Assembly: GCA_965285935.1 (NCBI GenBank) | Contig: OZ260663.1 | Coordinates: forward strand, 18,042,001-18,106,000 | Source of the DNA: Ophelia neglecta | Lineage: Eukaryota | Reading direction: 5' to 3' | DNA length: 64,000 nt | In this document: one piece after another, positions 1-13,436 of the stretch | Numbering within the stretch: the stretch's first letter is position 1 | Layout: each line of letters begins with the position of its first letter | Notes under the pieces: model-generated | The model's input: the letters and a program-made list of their open reading frames with translations, nothing else | Database searches by the model: none | What the model was told of the DNA's origin: nothing | Translations under genes and position numbers: made by a program

Positions 1-154
1 TAATACATCCTCTAGCTCCTATACCAATGCAAGGCAACGTAATACATGAATGTGAATAGAGAACTGTAGTTAAGTAACAAATATTTAGTATACGAGAGAG
101 AGAGAGAGGTGTGTTGGGACATGAGCATGATTTTTTCAGTGTGAAATAGATGTA

Positions 155-3100
155 TTAAAATGTGCATGTTATATCCACTATAGTGTGATTTAATTTTGAT
201 GGGGTCAGTATCTCAATTGCCAGTTCAGTGCGGTTAGATTTTGTGTCATTATTGAATGAAGTTGATAAGAATGTTTGGCTTTTTTTAGTGACATTGTTTT
301 CGTTATCTTCTATGTTAAAAGAATGTGTAATAGAAAGTGTTTACCTTTCACTTTTTCATTTTTCTTTAAAGGTTATTTATGTTATTGCAAGAGCAGTAAA
401 AGAATGGCAAAACTCAAACTTAGGCTATTTTACAAATCTCTTATCATAGTCTAGTCACTACGGCTTCTGTGCTGCCCCCTAGTATTGGTATTTGACACAC
501 AATTCGATGTATTTACATTTTCCTTTGAGTGTAGACATCTCTACCGATGTGTCCCCATCAGATTTTCCTAGTTCCCCATGAATACCGTACATTGTGGAAT
601 ACAAGCTGCCTTTCAAAGTAAGATAATACGGAGAAAGAACATCTGGTGAAATTATTGACAAAATGGTAGAGAAAACAGAATCCAGTTAGTGTATGTACCA
701 TGAGGTTAGTAGTAAGGGCCAGCTTCCTGTTACTATCACAGAAAACATGGAATTAGGAAATTCTGATGAATCTTAGAGGGGATTGATATGTCTTGATTAC
801 CTTACAACATCAGTATATGGCTTTTATCTAGGGAATTATAACCCTTAACCTTAGGTCTGTCATATTTTACATTATATTGCAGTATTTATCCGCATTTTAT
901 TGGCATATTTCTTCATAAGTTCAACTTTGCCATCTAGGTTGTTTACCGATGGAGATAGCTTAGAAGGTCCTGCATGTAGAAGATGTAGATCTGCGTGTTA
1001 TGATTTGACTATGCATTTTGAGACACTGGGACTATACCTTTGAGATATGGTGCTAGAATACTAGTTGTGCCACCTGCAGGATTGCTTGCCAAAATAAGCG
1101 TTCAACTGGCGTACTATTCAGAGTTGTAGGGTAGAGACAGTTGTACACTGAGCTGCAGATATATGGGGCCAGAAATGAAAAAATAATTAAATTTCCGAAC
1201 TCCATAAGCATAGGTCTGCCCCTTATAGGATATATTATAGAGTAAAAAGGCCTTGATGCAAATTACTACGTGATACCCTGACAACACCTAAGTAAACACT
1301 CACAGTGGTTCCAAACAATCTGCTGGAGCTATGGCCGTCAAGGTTTCCAGCATGGCAGGTTCTTCAATGACAAGCGAATAATATATCAAGACACGCGAAA
1401 ATTCCTGATATATTCTGTTATGACATATAAGTAATTTGGAGTTTTAAATGTATACGTCAACTACCGGGGATTTGGTTTATGTCGCGGTGCTGGCCAGTTC
1501 GGTTGCCATACATGGCGCTCACTGTTTCCGCAAGTTGTCACCATCATTGGTGGATTCATGCAAGATCTTAAATACATTTGAAATGTAAATGCTACAAGTT
1601 GAGATTGTAACAAGTAAACTTTGTGTTCCAAAACCCTGCTTCTCATTTACAAGCTAAGTTAAAACAAAAGTCTTATAAACAAAATGTCAATGTGCCCAAA
1701 GATTCAAAACTTCAGCATACAGAGGCCAGAGGGAGGAATCTGTAAACCAGTATGTTTCCAACGCGCTGTGCAAAAAACGGTTATAATTCTGGCACAAACT
1801 TTAAATGTACCTTAAATATCTTCCCTTGCTAATTCAAATCACTATATTGCGCGAAATGTCGCTGGCAGTGTATCTTGGTGTATTTCAGATGGGCTCAAGA
1901 TGGTGTCTGGTTTGTTTGGAATTATAGTTTTGTGTTAACAAAATCACGTGACTAGTGACATCAGACTTGTCAACCCTATTCTGTGATGGAATCGAAACAG
2001 ATAAAAGCTACAAGGTGGCACGGTGCCTTCTGCACAATACCACTTAAATTGTGTGTGATCAATGTAGAAGCCACCACACACAGTGTTTGATGTACTAGTA
2101 CATATATTGACCGGGGCGATCTGTATGATTAGGTTGGAATGTGATGTAGCAGGTGGCAAGGAGGGGGGCTTGTCCTGAAGGCCTCCGGTTAGTGAGCACC
2201 TCGGCCCGTATTAGCAGTATTATCATTGTTCAGTTATTTTGAGGGTGGCATACTCATGCTGGTGGGAGCATATTAGTGTGGGACACAATGTATGCTCACA
2301 CACCCCTGGTATTACACACCTAAAAGTGTAAACCTATAATCTTAACATGAACAAATGTACAAGCAACTACTTGTAATATATCAACAGACAAATATTAATA
2401 TTAAATAAGAGGTATTCTAAACATGTCTAAATTCTTTATAATCAATATTGAGCCACAATTTTGACTGTTATTTCAAGTCTAATTGTACGATCTGATGGCT
2501 GTGGAGTACCTGCTGTCTACTCAGGGCTCTGTGAATTGTAATTATTGTAAAATGGTGGACAAGTTTTTGAATGATGTACATATATGTGGAGAAGTAAACA
2601 ATGCAAATATTGGATTGGAAGTTGGTATGGAATTTTAGTCATTAAAATACTACGCATTGTACAAACATGTACAACGTCTCGTTGCTTTCCCCAGTAAACC
2701 GGTATTGTTAAGTAGTATTTGCATGCTGTTTTGAATATTACTACTCATGAAAATGTTTCGTTTTGCATGTTATTGCATGATTATGTTATTTGTGTATATT
2801 TTAATGTAGCTTGCCATATGATAACATAACTAGCTTTGTGCAATGGATTACAAGGGTTTTACCTATTATTATGAAGCCTTGATTATTTATATTTCCATGT
2901 CTACCTACTGGTTTTTAATGGAACTGAGTTAGTTGTAGGTATTTTTTTATATTTTCAATATATCATTATTATTCATTTTATCATTCACTGTCAATGAATT
3001 TACTGTATATCTGCGACTTACAGACTGTCTCATTTCGTGAAGCGCAGGCTGGTATATTGTATTTTCCAAAGACTACGAGGCGTTCAAATATTATATTTAT

Positions 3101-3973
3101 CTCAGTTTCTGGATACCGCCCTTGTGTAAATAGTGGTGTATATTGAATTGAAAAAAAAAAACAGGTTAAGACATTGCATGTAGTAGTATACAGGTTAAGA
3201 CATTGCCTGTAGTAGTATTTAGGTGTACATGTACATGTATTGGTCAATTGAAGTTTAAATAAATACATTCATTATACCTGTGTCTACTGTTTGTTGCAAC
3301 CTGGGATTTACTGTTAAGAGATTTTTGTTGCTATTTTTTACCTTAAAAATTTAATTCCAGAAAGTTATCATTAGAACTGGTTTTAAAAAAAGTTGAGGTG
3401 GGAAAGGCTCATAAAAAATGTTTAATCACTATACAAAGCTTCACCAGAAATATTTCGCATAATGCTAAGCGTTCTGCATTTATCATGCCAGTCGTTCATT
3501 CTTAAACATTGGGCAATTCAGTAATACCAGGTTAATAGGAAACTGCTCAGGATAGAGTCCAAGAACAGTTTTATTGCAAGGGCCTAGGCAAAAACAGTCC
3601 CATACAACAGCTATCGTGATCTTGGATCCTCCACACAGTCTTACTGCCCAATATTTCAGGTACAATTGTCAAAGACTTTAAGCCTGTACACAAGCTACTG
3701 TCAACATTCTGATTATCAGGATTACATGGTTATGCCATGGCTTTAAACTTCCTCAAATCACTGTTTCTAGCAGAAAAAGGGCTACCTTTTACCTGAAAAT
3801 ATCATGGTGACCGGATATAACATATCTAGAGGCTCAGGAAGTGATAGAAGTTCAGAAAAGAATACACACGTACGACTGTCTACATTCTGGATGTTGTAAC
3901 CATCTTCATTTAAGAAAAAATAAACAACAATAAATCCGTACAGAAACACGATCCAAACACTGGCCTTCGCCAT
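155..3973 (-). pseudogene. Possible decayed multi-exon type I membrane protein gene (family not recognised)
   Basis: ATG at 3973 begins a hydrophobic N-terminus (MAKASVWIVFLYGFIVVYFFL) ending at a phase-1 GT donor. A phase-1/1 exon at ~3021-3120 (GRYPETEINIIFERLVVFGKYNIPACASRNETV) follows. Further exon-like pieces lie at ~1465-1566, ~1305-1414, ~1060-1152 and ~518-641, and a TM-like remnant (LSLSFAILLLLL) near 385-420 is flanked by stops. I could not build one continuous ORF. Confidence 0.25.
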
Positions 3974-5390
3974 ATACTCATTATCGAAACATTATCTCAG
4001 AACGTTCCAGATTCTTGTTTTCGTATGAAACGCCCATGCTAATTGGACGATTCCCAGGTAAATACAGACCATACAAATTTTAAAATACTATTTAGTAAAT
4101 CAGAGGGGCACTTTGCCCCCACCGCCAATCAAACCAAAGCATTTTGCTGCAGAACACTAGATACTGGTGTCATATATAGGCTGGAGGATTACATTTTTAA
4201 TGCTGCAAGATTCAACTATTTAACTTTTTCTTATCTGTGTGGAAAACAGTGTGATCAAGGAATTTCTTAACCTGCCAGAAGTTTGTAATTTCTGTGTTTA
4301 TTTGATCTTGTCATTTGTTTTTTCAACTCCTTCATACAAGGGCCAACTGAACACTCTTAAACAAAAGATTCTAATAATGGGCCGAATTATTTGTTGTAAT
4401 TAACAAACTATAAAAACATGTACACTGAAACGGTAGCCTCGGTCACTAGCAGGAAGTGCAATAAAAATAAGTACAATAAAAACCCTAACAAAAGTGTCAA
4501 AATAGAAAAAAAAAATTCCGGGAAAAAGAGGGAAGGAGCTTATTAAGGCATGGCTGCTTATTATAAGAATACTGTAATAATCATTATTATAAACAAACTT
4601 ACCAAACAAACAATAACCCCGGAAGATAGTGTTAATACATACTGCATGAATGAAAAGTCTGACAAAACGTCAAAATATACTGTTCAACAGCTCATTTATT
4701 TCAAAATGAAATAGAAGTACATTTATATGCCTCAGTCATTCATTTTGTTTTGATCTAGATATTTCACATATTCGGTGGAATGAATGTTTATTTACATTGT
4801 AATATCAACGAAATCAACAATTTGTTCACAATTTGCCCCACCAGTTTTCAATGGGAAGATCTATGTACAAATTCTCCTATTAAGCGCAGACATATAATTA
4901 AGGTTGATGTGCGTATCCACATACCCTGAGAAAACCGATATTAATAAGGCTTGTGTCATTCGCTAATTGTGCGAAGTATTTTGTAGAAGCTTCCCTTACA
5001 TAGCTGTCAGTAGTATCAGCATTCACCTTTAATATTCAGCATTATCACAACTTCTTTGGCAATAAATGAAATTGCATACAATGAAACACTCCTTTCTCAA
5101 ATATACCCAAACATAATCAATATGCATGTACCTTATTCTCTATGATAAAGTATGCTCCAAGGCCAATAAAATATTAATCTGATGCAAGAAAACTAAAACA
5201 AGTACCCACTACCATTTGATGTTTAAAATCCCCCAAAACTGGTAAAATACAAAAAGATTTTGCAACGAAAAATGGGGTTTGCCACTTACGAGGGCAGGGC
5301 TATTTATTACAGAGAATAAGGTACATAGAATAACAACACATATACATGTATCTACAGCTCCCTGAATCTCATGGTTTGCCAGTTAAAAAT

Positions 5391-5452
5391 TGTCTGGTTT
5401 TATCACAAGCAGCCCTATTTAAATTTTCAGGCTGCCCAATCATTGGTCAGAC
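5391..5452 (-). promoter_or_regulatory. SECIS element in 3'UTR of selenoprotein paralog 1
   Basis: Minus strand gtctg-acca-ATGAt-tgggcagcct-gAAAatttaaata-gggctgcttg-TGAT-aaaac-cagac: helix I (gtctg/cagac), UGAN/NGAN core, ~10-bp helix II and apical AAA. It lies ~500 nt past the stop and is conserved in paralog 2. Confidence 0.92.
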
Positions 5453-5948
5453 GATCTTGAACTGCCAAGGTTAAAGGTTGCAGAGAGCAGGTCATTGGAG
5501 GACCAACATCAAAGCACATAGATTTGTTTTTAGCTTGATTTTGAACAATACAGCTTCAAGTTTATGTAGCAAGCCCATTTAATACATGCACACACATAGC
5601 TATACATCTTCTCCTTCTGATTTCATATAAATTTACCAATGTCATGAACATTTACCATGGTTCTAAATTACAAATTAGTCAAAAATGACCTAGGTGTATA
5701 AAGTAACAATTGGCTCGGAATCTTCTCTGAAACAAATTTACGTCCCTGGACAAGAGTCATTGTGTTTAATATTATACAATTTACAATAATAAATTTTTCT
5801 ACAAGGCACATTTGGTCATGAAACATTAAGAAATACATGTTAGTTTGTATCTGCACTTATTTGTTGGTCCCCTATGGCTGACTTGCCACTTTTATTGTGC
5901 CACTCTGTACGCTTGTCCAGATGCACATTATTTTGTAACATTCTGTGC

Positions 5949-8900
5949 TTACAAAATGGTGCAACCACCTTTTTCGACTCCCTGTACTGGTCCAGGGGAG
6001 CCGCCAGCTGCCGCCTCCTTCACCGCATTGATGATCTGAAAAATAAAATAAATATCAGTCAGACATACGTTACAAGGGGGTTTTCAAAAATAATCCGGAT
6101 TCATCCTGGAAGAGCCACCAGTCAGTTTTATAAAGTATTTACTAGAGGCCACTTTACAAAACCAACCAGATTAAAAAGGACCTAATAATAATCACTTCTT
6201 TCTTCTTCTTTCATTCATAAAAGCAGATAGGTAGGCTCTAGTAAAAATTGTAATATTTGGTTTAAAGTAATTTGGACATTTTGGTTCATCAGAGTACATG
6301 TACATCCAGTCCCAGTGTGCACTCTGGTAAGTAGCCATGTATGTACTACTCCCTCGTGGGTATGTACTAGTCTCTCATTAACACAGCTTATTAAATTTGC
6401 TGACAAAACACAATTTAGTATACATGTAATTTACACATCCATAGATGAAGGCTGTTTATTTATAGCACTACAGGCTGGTGTCATAAAAATCTAGTAAGGA
6501 AATACTGCAGAAGTACTGTAAAAAAATGTTTGAAATAACATTATTTATTATAATTAGCATAAAAATCCTTATTTTTCAGACTGTTATTTATAATTGAGAT
6601 TTTCCTTCAGTCTGACCAACCTCAAATTCTCTAAGTGGAGTTTCCTTTCTTGTAAAACATGAATCCCTACATTTTGCCGACCTTTAGCCTTCTAGTCACA
6701 TTAAACTTACCTCATCAATGACCGGAAAGCCGCCCATTTTCAGCTTACTGAAAATGTGCTGACCATTGATTGTGATCTCATATGAGGCTGAAAAAGAAAA
6801 GGAAAAACTGAATTATTAATAAACAAAATTTGACAACCTTATACATGTATTTTATCAAAAGAATGTGTTAAGGAGGCATCAAAATTATCCCAACAACTTC
6901 ATTTGCATGAATGCATACAAATAGTGGGATCCCAACTGTATAGAGAGATTCATTTATAACCCCACTTAACTCAAATACTCAATCAGCACTAATGCTAGAA
7001 TACTGAACAAGGGAGCTATCAGTTAATTTAGAAACTGATACAGTGATGAGAAAATAGTATTATCTATTAATGAAGTCACCCATGGCAGTTGTTTAACAGC
7101 AAACTCTGGTATAGTCTAGGACGGAAAAATCAATACACTGTACATTGACAGGTACTGGGGTATAAATCATATGATCTGGTGTTTCTGTCAGATAGGATTG
7201 TGGAGAGCTGTTTACCCGAGTACAGGCCTTTACCTTTACCCAAGTGCAGACCTTTGCCCTGTATGGGTACAGGGTAGGCTGTTTGTAGCTCTATCATCAT
7301 GGGAGGGGGCATGGCTTTAAATATGATGTATTATTGGAAGAACATACACAGTGCATAATTGGGCACATTTACAAATCAAACCTGTATATATATATATGTG
7401 TGTGTACATTTTTATATATACATGTATGTGTGCTTGATGTACATATGATCTAAATATGTATCTATAATAGACACTTTATGCTTTCAAATAGACAATCTGA
7501 GAGGAGACCACTCTCTGATCCAACACTGTATGAAGTTAAACAGGTACAGTGAAACCTGCCTTAAAGACCACCTCTATATTCAGACCACCGGCCAATTCAG
7601 ACCACTAGTATGAAGACCATACTTCACACTTTCAGTGTAAATTAACCTGTCTAAACAGACCACCTCTATAATCAGACCAGTATTTTCCAGTCCCTTGGGT
7701 GGTCTGAATTCACAGGTTTGACTGTACATGTATTCCTAATGTCACTGAGACAGAATGGACAGGTTTTGAGATACATTGTTTAGAGTAGGGGATAGTAATT
7801 AACCTTTTTACATTAAATACCCTTTGTACATATAAATATAAATAAATTTTTTATACACAATGCCCAATTGTCAGCTCGCCAACATGATTCAGTGTGAGCT
7901 TCGTTCAGTTTAAAAGCAATGACAATATCAGACTTCACGAACAGGGTGTGTCATACAAGCTTTGATGTGCAGGTTATTCACACTGGTCATGTGAAATTGA
8001 ATGTACACACCATGTACAGTTTAACAGTAGCTATACATGTACATGTCCTAGTAAGTGTCAGCCATTTGTGAGTGACTAATTTAGCTGTGTAAATATGAGC
8101 ATACATAATGCTGTAAATTTGTATGTGTATATCAACCATTTTTATCTTTTGCTGGACATATTATTGCTAAGTGAAAGGAATTTATCACTTTTAATCAATA
8201 ATCTTCCTAATAGTTTCTTTGTTAGTAGTCATATACTTAGTGTCCTTTGTTTGTAGTACTATGTTTAGTGTTTATTGAAATACCCTAGTTAGGTAATCAG
8301 TGTTCTTAGTCAGTACACACCGAATATGGTACTAATGGCTAGAAGCTCATGTTACGTTTTCCTTAAACCACCATCATAACCTTCATTTTTTAAGTCATAT
8401 TAAAAATATTCGTTCAGTATCAAATCATGTATAATTTAAAAGGCATATATCTGTACAAGTATTGGTTAAAAATTCACACTATGATGACCAATTGACCAGA
8501 AATGTGGCTCTCAAACACTACCCAATGTAAAAACAACCATATGTGCTTCCTTTTTACTACTCGGGCGTTCATTAGCTCGCCAGAAATGTGACAATAGTCA
8601 AATATATGACCAGACTTAATTCTAGAAATCCAAACTTGTTAAAATCAGAAAATTGTGGGAAAAATATATAATTAGCGACGGGACTAGCTTCATCACATGC
8701 AGCCAATGATTGGATATCTAATGACCCCTTGATCCCTTAGTGTTCTTTGTTAGTAGTACAGTGAAACCTGACAATAAGGGACAGCCAAGGGACTGGGAAA
8801 TCTGTCCTAGATTTTCTCAGTTGCCCTTATTTCACAGGTTACTTAACATGTAAAGTATTACAATTGCACTAAAAACAATGTCCTTAATAGTCAGTGTGTC

Positions 8901-10503
8901 CCTAATTGTCAGGTGTCCTTTAGGCCAGGTTTTACAGTACTATACTTACTGGTGCGACCAGTCTGGCCAGTGACCTCCGCATCGGGAACGACTTGCTTGA
9001 TGCGAGCCGCCAGATCCCGATAGCGGCCGGCGTACCCTCATCCACCGCTGAAATACAACAACCAATCAAATCAGACATATAATAATACCAGATACATTAT
9101 ACATACAGTATAAGGACATGATAATCAAAAAGGCCTCCTAAAGCTAATACAGTGAAACCTGTCTAATCAGATCAGTCAAGGGACTGAAAAAAACTGAGCA
9201 CATTATGTAGGTGACCTTAATAGGCAGGTCACTAAGCACAGGCATAAATGGGGATTGGACTATTATTTGGTGACCTGAGTGGACAGGTTACCTTATTACA
9301 CAGGTGACCACAAACACAGGTTTTACTGTACAGTGAAACATGTGAATTAAGACCACTAAGCGACTGGAAAATGCTGGTCCAATTTCAGATTTGGTCTGTT
9401 TAGACAGGTTATTTTAATATGAAAGCACACAGCAAGTGGTATGAATGGACAGGTGGTCTGATCATAGAGGCGGTCTTTAGGGCAGGTTCCACTGTAAGTA
9501 TTTCTTATTCAACTGTTCGAGATAACTAGGCCATTCTGCCTCAACCTGGGTCTTGTTTAAAATACAGACTCAGCTGTAACATACCATCAGCATCGCATCA
9601 GCTGTCAGATTTGTACACATTAAACTGGGAGTACATACAGTATACATCCTACTGGTGGCTATTACATTACCATAATCGCATAACTAAACAAATCATATGT
9701 CATCCTATTTATGTCCACCATTTTGGCAAAGTTGTTGACATGTGATGATGTTGCATGGCACACTTGCAGGAACTTTCACAAAAATAATATGACGTATTGT
9801 GTATGAATTCTGTGATCAGGTGAAGGCCACAAACACCATTTATGCTCATAATAAGGCAGGAGGCTTTTCATTTTTTAAATATAGTCCAAAAACAAGTGTA
9901 GGCACTTTCCTTAAAAAGAGTGATGAGGGTGGTTTTTTCCCTCTCTCTCATAAACCTCCCCCCATTATAAATCTATATTTTATGCCCCTTACATATACAT
10001 CCCCCCCCCCCCCCACACCCGAGGGTATAAGAAGGATAATTGTGTATATCACATGCTCACATCTCCAGTGCACCACTGGACTGGGCTACAAATATTTTTG
10101 AATGAAAAACAGCATTGACTTATTAATGCAAGCTTAGGTTCTTCAGTTCAGTGCTGCATTAATCAGTTAATGTATCGACACCTGGTCTGATGCAACAGGT
10201 AAATGGGCATGACTTGAACTTGGCAGCCCTATCAACAGATCAAGTGTGTATTATTATTCTCGTGGTATTATTTTTATCAGAGGTCACGTGTACGTGGATG
10301 ACTTGCATTCCCATTACATATATCTGAATATCAATAAAAAAACTAACTCTTTGTAATATATACCAAGGAATCGCGGTTGTAGTTCAAAGTTTCGCGCACT
10401 ATGTATATAATAGTCTATATATGCGGACGTGTACCAATGTGACAATGAAAAAATGGCTAAAAACTCACCAGTATTCCACGTTGACTTGTACTTTATTCGC
10501 CAT
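5949..10503 (-). CDS. MIEN1: Rdx-family selenoprotein, SelW2/MIEN1-like, paralog 1 (98 aa, CGGU motif, C-terminal CTIL)
   Basis: Exons 10469-10503, 8950-9047, 6711-6787, 5949-6035, all GT-AG with matching phases. Translation: MANKVQVNVEYCGGUGYAGRYRDLAARIKQVVPDAEVTGQTGRTTSYEITINGQHIFSKLKMGGFPVIDEIINAVKEAAAGGSPGPVQGVEKGGCTIL. In-frame TGA at 9038-9040. Rdx motifs EYCxxUGY, S(F/Y)EIxING and FSKL..GFP are present. Confidence 0.93.
7547..7724. mobile_element. MITE, CAGTGAAACCTG family (TA-flanked, Tc1/mariner-pogo-like)
   Basis: ta|CAGTGAAACCTG ... CAGGTTTGACTG|ta, 178 bp, with internal GACCAC repeats. Related copies occur elsewhere in the window. Confidence 0.8.
8759..8937. mobile_element. MITE, CAGTGAAACCTG family
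   Basis: ta|CAGTGAAACCTG ... CAGGTTTTACAG|ta. It ends 12 bp from the donor side of the Sec-containing exon. Confidence 0.75.
9150..9494. mobile_element. Two abutting MITEs of the CAGTGAAACCTG family (9150-9328 and 9331-9494) sharing one TA
   Basis: The junction reads ...CAGGTTTTACTG-TA-CAGTGAAACATG...; outer ends are ta|CAGTGAAACCTG and CAGGTTCCACTG|ta. Confidence 0.75.
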
Positions 10504-13114
10504 GTTGTTTACAGTGATGACAGGTAGGGATGTCAGTCTCGGTCTGGCACTAGGGTCTACGCTTGCGCTCTTGTGAGCGCGGCGCTGCCGGCGTGCAGTG
10601 CACAGTTTGAATCGAGGGGAGAATGGGGCAAAACGCTAACCCAACAGACATGCGGTGTGAAAGCCAATTTCGGTAGGCCTATCGTAACAATAATACTGTT
10701 TGGTTTATTTTTGCACTGATCCTATGATATGTCGCACCATAATGTGGCGGAGCTATTACACTGAACCGTTTTATCTTTTATAATACCCCTCTGACTATTT
10801 TCCGTCAAAAGTTCCACCTTGCCACCTATAGATAGGCAAAGGGTGTTTACAAACTCCCGTGCAGGCATATCATTTATTTTTCTATCACTTCCAGCGCAAA
10901 ACGAAATACAATATTACCAATTAACTTATTTTTTTAATAAATATAATATATTTCAACAATAGACAGGCCTGTAGTATCTAGATCTACTCTACTTGTAACT
11001 AAAGACGTGCATGCATTCTTCCAACCCCCCCCCCCCCCCCCCTACTTTGCGGCATTCTGTGGAAGAACAGATTTATTCCTGGAAGGTTTTTCTCGCACAC
11101 AGTCCGACGGGTATGCTAGCCTGGCTATATCTGACCATTTTGAAATAAATTTCTATCTTGTCGCTGAACTTATTGCTACATTCAAGCAGAATAGGGGAAG
11201 TTTGAGCAAGAAGCGCACTACGGCCAAGAAGCGCAGCCAGCTGTTTTTGTCAACAAGCAGTAGATGGCGCTGTTTTTGTGCCCCTTGATTCAAAGGTCGA
11301 GGCAGTTCAAAGCACATTGTATCATGGCTAAAAGGCTCCATCGAATTTTCAAGTGATTAAAGACATAGGTTTTATACCCATTATTTCGATTTATGTGTAG
11401 TTCATGTCACCATCGTTAAGTGAAGCAGTATATGTAGCAGAGGGATGACCAATGTATCAGTCGACCAAAACTTTTGTTATCTTAAAAGGTGACTATATGA
11501 GATGAATATCCAGCGAGGCGTTTCATGCACGTGCACAGTTACATCAGACTAATCAGAAGGGGTACAATGCGCACGCACCTTGTGGGCCTTGAGACGCACC
11601 CTGCGCGTCTTGCCCCTTGGGCTGTTGGGGATGTGAGCCTTTGCCCCCCGGAGGACCCCCCCCCCCCCGTCGTTAGGCAAGCCAGGCCCGACAGGACAGC
11701 CAAGCTCTCAAGCCCGTACATGACTCAGGGATAATTCCTCTCGTAACCATGATGAACTATACAATGTCGATATTATCCATGCACACGGCCTATCTGAAAT
11801 CTCACGCCCCTGTAATTGGCACTAATTTTGTTATTAGCAGTTGGATCAGTCATGCACCAGAACGTGTGGCGGTATCTCATTTGCTCTATAATGTATGTAT
11901 ATCATCCAAAGGTATAGGAGATTTGAACCGTATCTTCCGGCATTGGCATATACCAACGTGTCATTTGTGCAATAGACATTACCTGGTGACATTCTAGCCC
12001 ACAGGGCGGGTGCGTCTTGCCCCATCGAGCGGGGCCCCCTGGATCCGCCCCTGCTATATGACCATAAACACCTGAACACATAGGCCTATATGGCATTTCC
12101 GAGCCACATCAATTGATTGCTAACGGCCATTTTGCAAAAGAGTAACGTCAGTTACCGACAGTAGATGAAGCACGGGGACGATAATACCAGTAAAGGAAAA
12201 ACCCTGCGTATCGATTAAAAATAAGCACCCTCGTTAAATTACGTCACCAAGCGTTCTGGTCTTGTGGGATAAGGATGTTTTTATGTGATAGTCTTGGCCA
12301 TGATCTATTTTCGACTTAATCCTTAATATATAGGCCCCTATAGCGACTTTAACGATCAAAATTTTATAAATGTCCTAGCCTCAAAACCTCCATAACAATA
12401 GTCTCAAATCACTTGCAAAGGACTCAGTCATCTGACAATCGCATCACCATGATAGAATCTGTTTAACCCGACTGCTATCAGTTTCTCGAACGTGAAAAGA
12501 GAAAAGCGGTTAAAAGAGAAGGTAGTTGATTATAGTCCACTCTCAGCCAATGAGCGTCAACGACCTTCCTTTGATGATTAAATTAAAGCTAGATTTCACT
12601 AGCTGTCATTTTCGAGAGATTTAAGCATTGCCCACGGCTATAGGCGGCTCAGTCTTTTTTTATTTCTAAATGGTTAAAGGGGCAGGACACCATTGGAGTT
12701 TGGATCACTCTCTAAGAAGCCTTCTTTATAAATGTAATCGTTTATGCGCAATATACGTAAATAATCATGCTTTAAAAGTTTTAAGGTAGGAAATTGGAAG
12801 GTTTGTGCGATCCTCAACTCTAAATATAGATCTAAATACATGTGGAAGTTGATAATAACACACTTCAATAGGTCTATACCTAGCGGATTTGGCGGTATGC
12901 TGCCTCTATAACATCAAGCCGCTAAGGACAGCTTTCTGGTCAATGAAGAATAAAATCGAATGGATCCTAAGTTCCAATTTCTGCAGTTCATTTATTTAAA
13001 TTAAAACGAAATCTACAAATAATATACATATATGTAAGTAATTAAAATAACTTAGTAGAAAGCATAAATTATAAATAATCAGTTCTCTGAACCTCATGGT
13101 TTGCCAGTTAAAAT

Positions 13115-13175
13115 TGTACGGTTTTATCATAAGCTGCCCTATTTATATTTCAGACTGCCTAGTCATTGGTCAGAC
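13115..13175 (-). promoter_or_regulatory. SECIS element in 3'UTR of selenoprotein paralog 2
   Basis: gtctgacca-ATGAc-taggcagtct-gAAAtataaata-gggcagctta-TGAT-aaaaccgtac. Same geometry as paralog 1, with pairing-preserving changes at the base of helix II (UG/UG to UA/UA) and one A-A mismatch. Confidence 0.88.
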
Positions 13176-13264
13176 TATTTTGAACTGCCAAGGTCAAAGG
13201 TTATAGAAAACAGGTCATTGGAAGACCAACATTAGAGACCAACAGACATGTTTCGATATATATA

Positions 13265-13436
13265 CAGTGAACCCTGTCAATTGAGACCACCCCAGGGACT
13301 GTGAAATATTGGTCTGATTTTGGAGGTGGTCTGTTTAGACAGGTTATTTTTATATTGAAAGTTTCCAATATGATTTCATATAAGTGGTCTGATTTGCAAG
13401 GGGGTCTGAAGGTGCTTTTTAAAGCAGGTTTCACTA
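13265..13436. mobile_element. MITE, CAGTGAAACCTG family, inside the 3'UTR of paralog 2
   Basis: ta|CAGTGAACCCTG ... CAGGTTTCACTA|ta. No such element lies between stop and SECIS in paralog 1. Confidence 0.78.

Noticed and set aside
5453-5510. Second, upstream SECIS (ATGA-N12-AA pattern; also at 13180-13232)
   Set aside because: Helix II cannot form (only ~4 bp) and the 3' GA of the core is missing in paralog 2. Kept only as a conserved UTR block.
5845-6185. Plus-strand ORFs 5845-6039, 5874-6185 and 13624-14151 that resemble each other
   Set aside because: They are antisense shadows of the last coding exon and UTR of the two selenoprotein paralogs.
9038-9040. Reading the in-frame TGA (also 15228-15230) as a nonsense mutation or pseudogene
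   Set aside because: It sits at the same CxxU position in both paralogs, the downstream exons are intact, and each gene has a SECIS.
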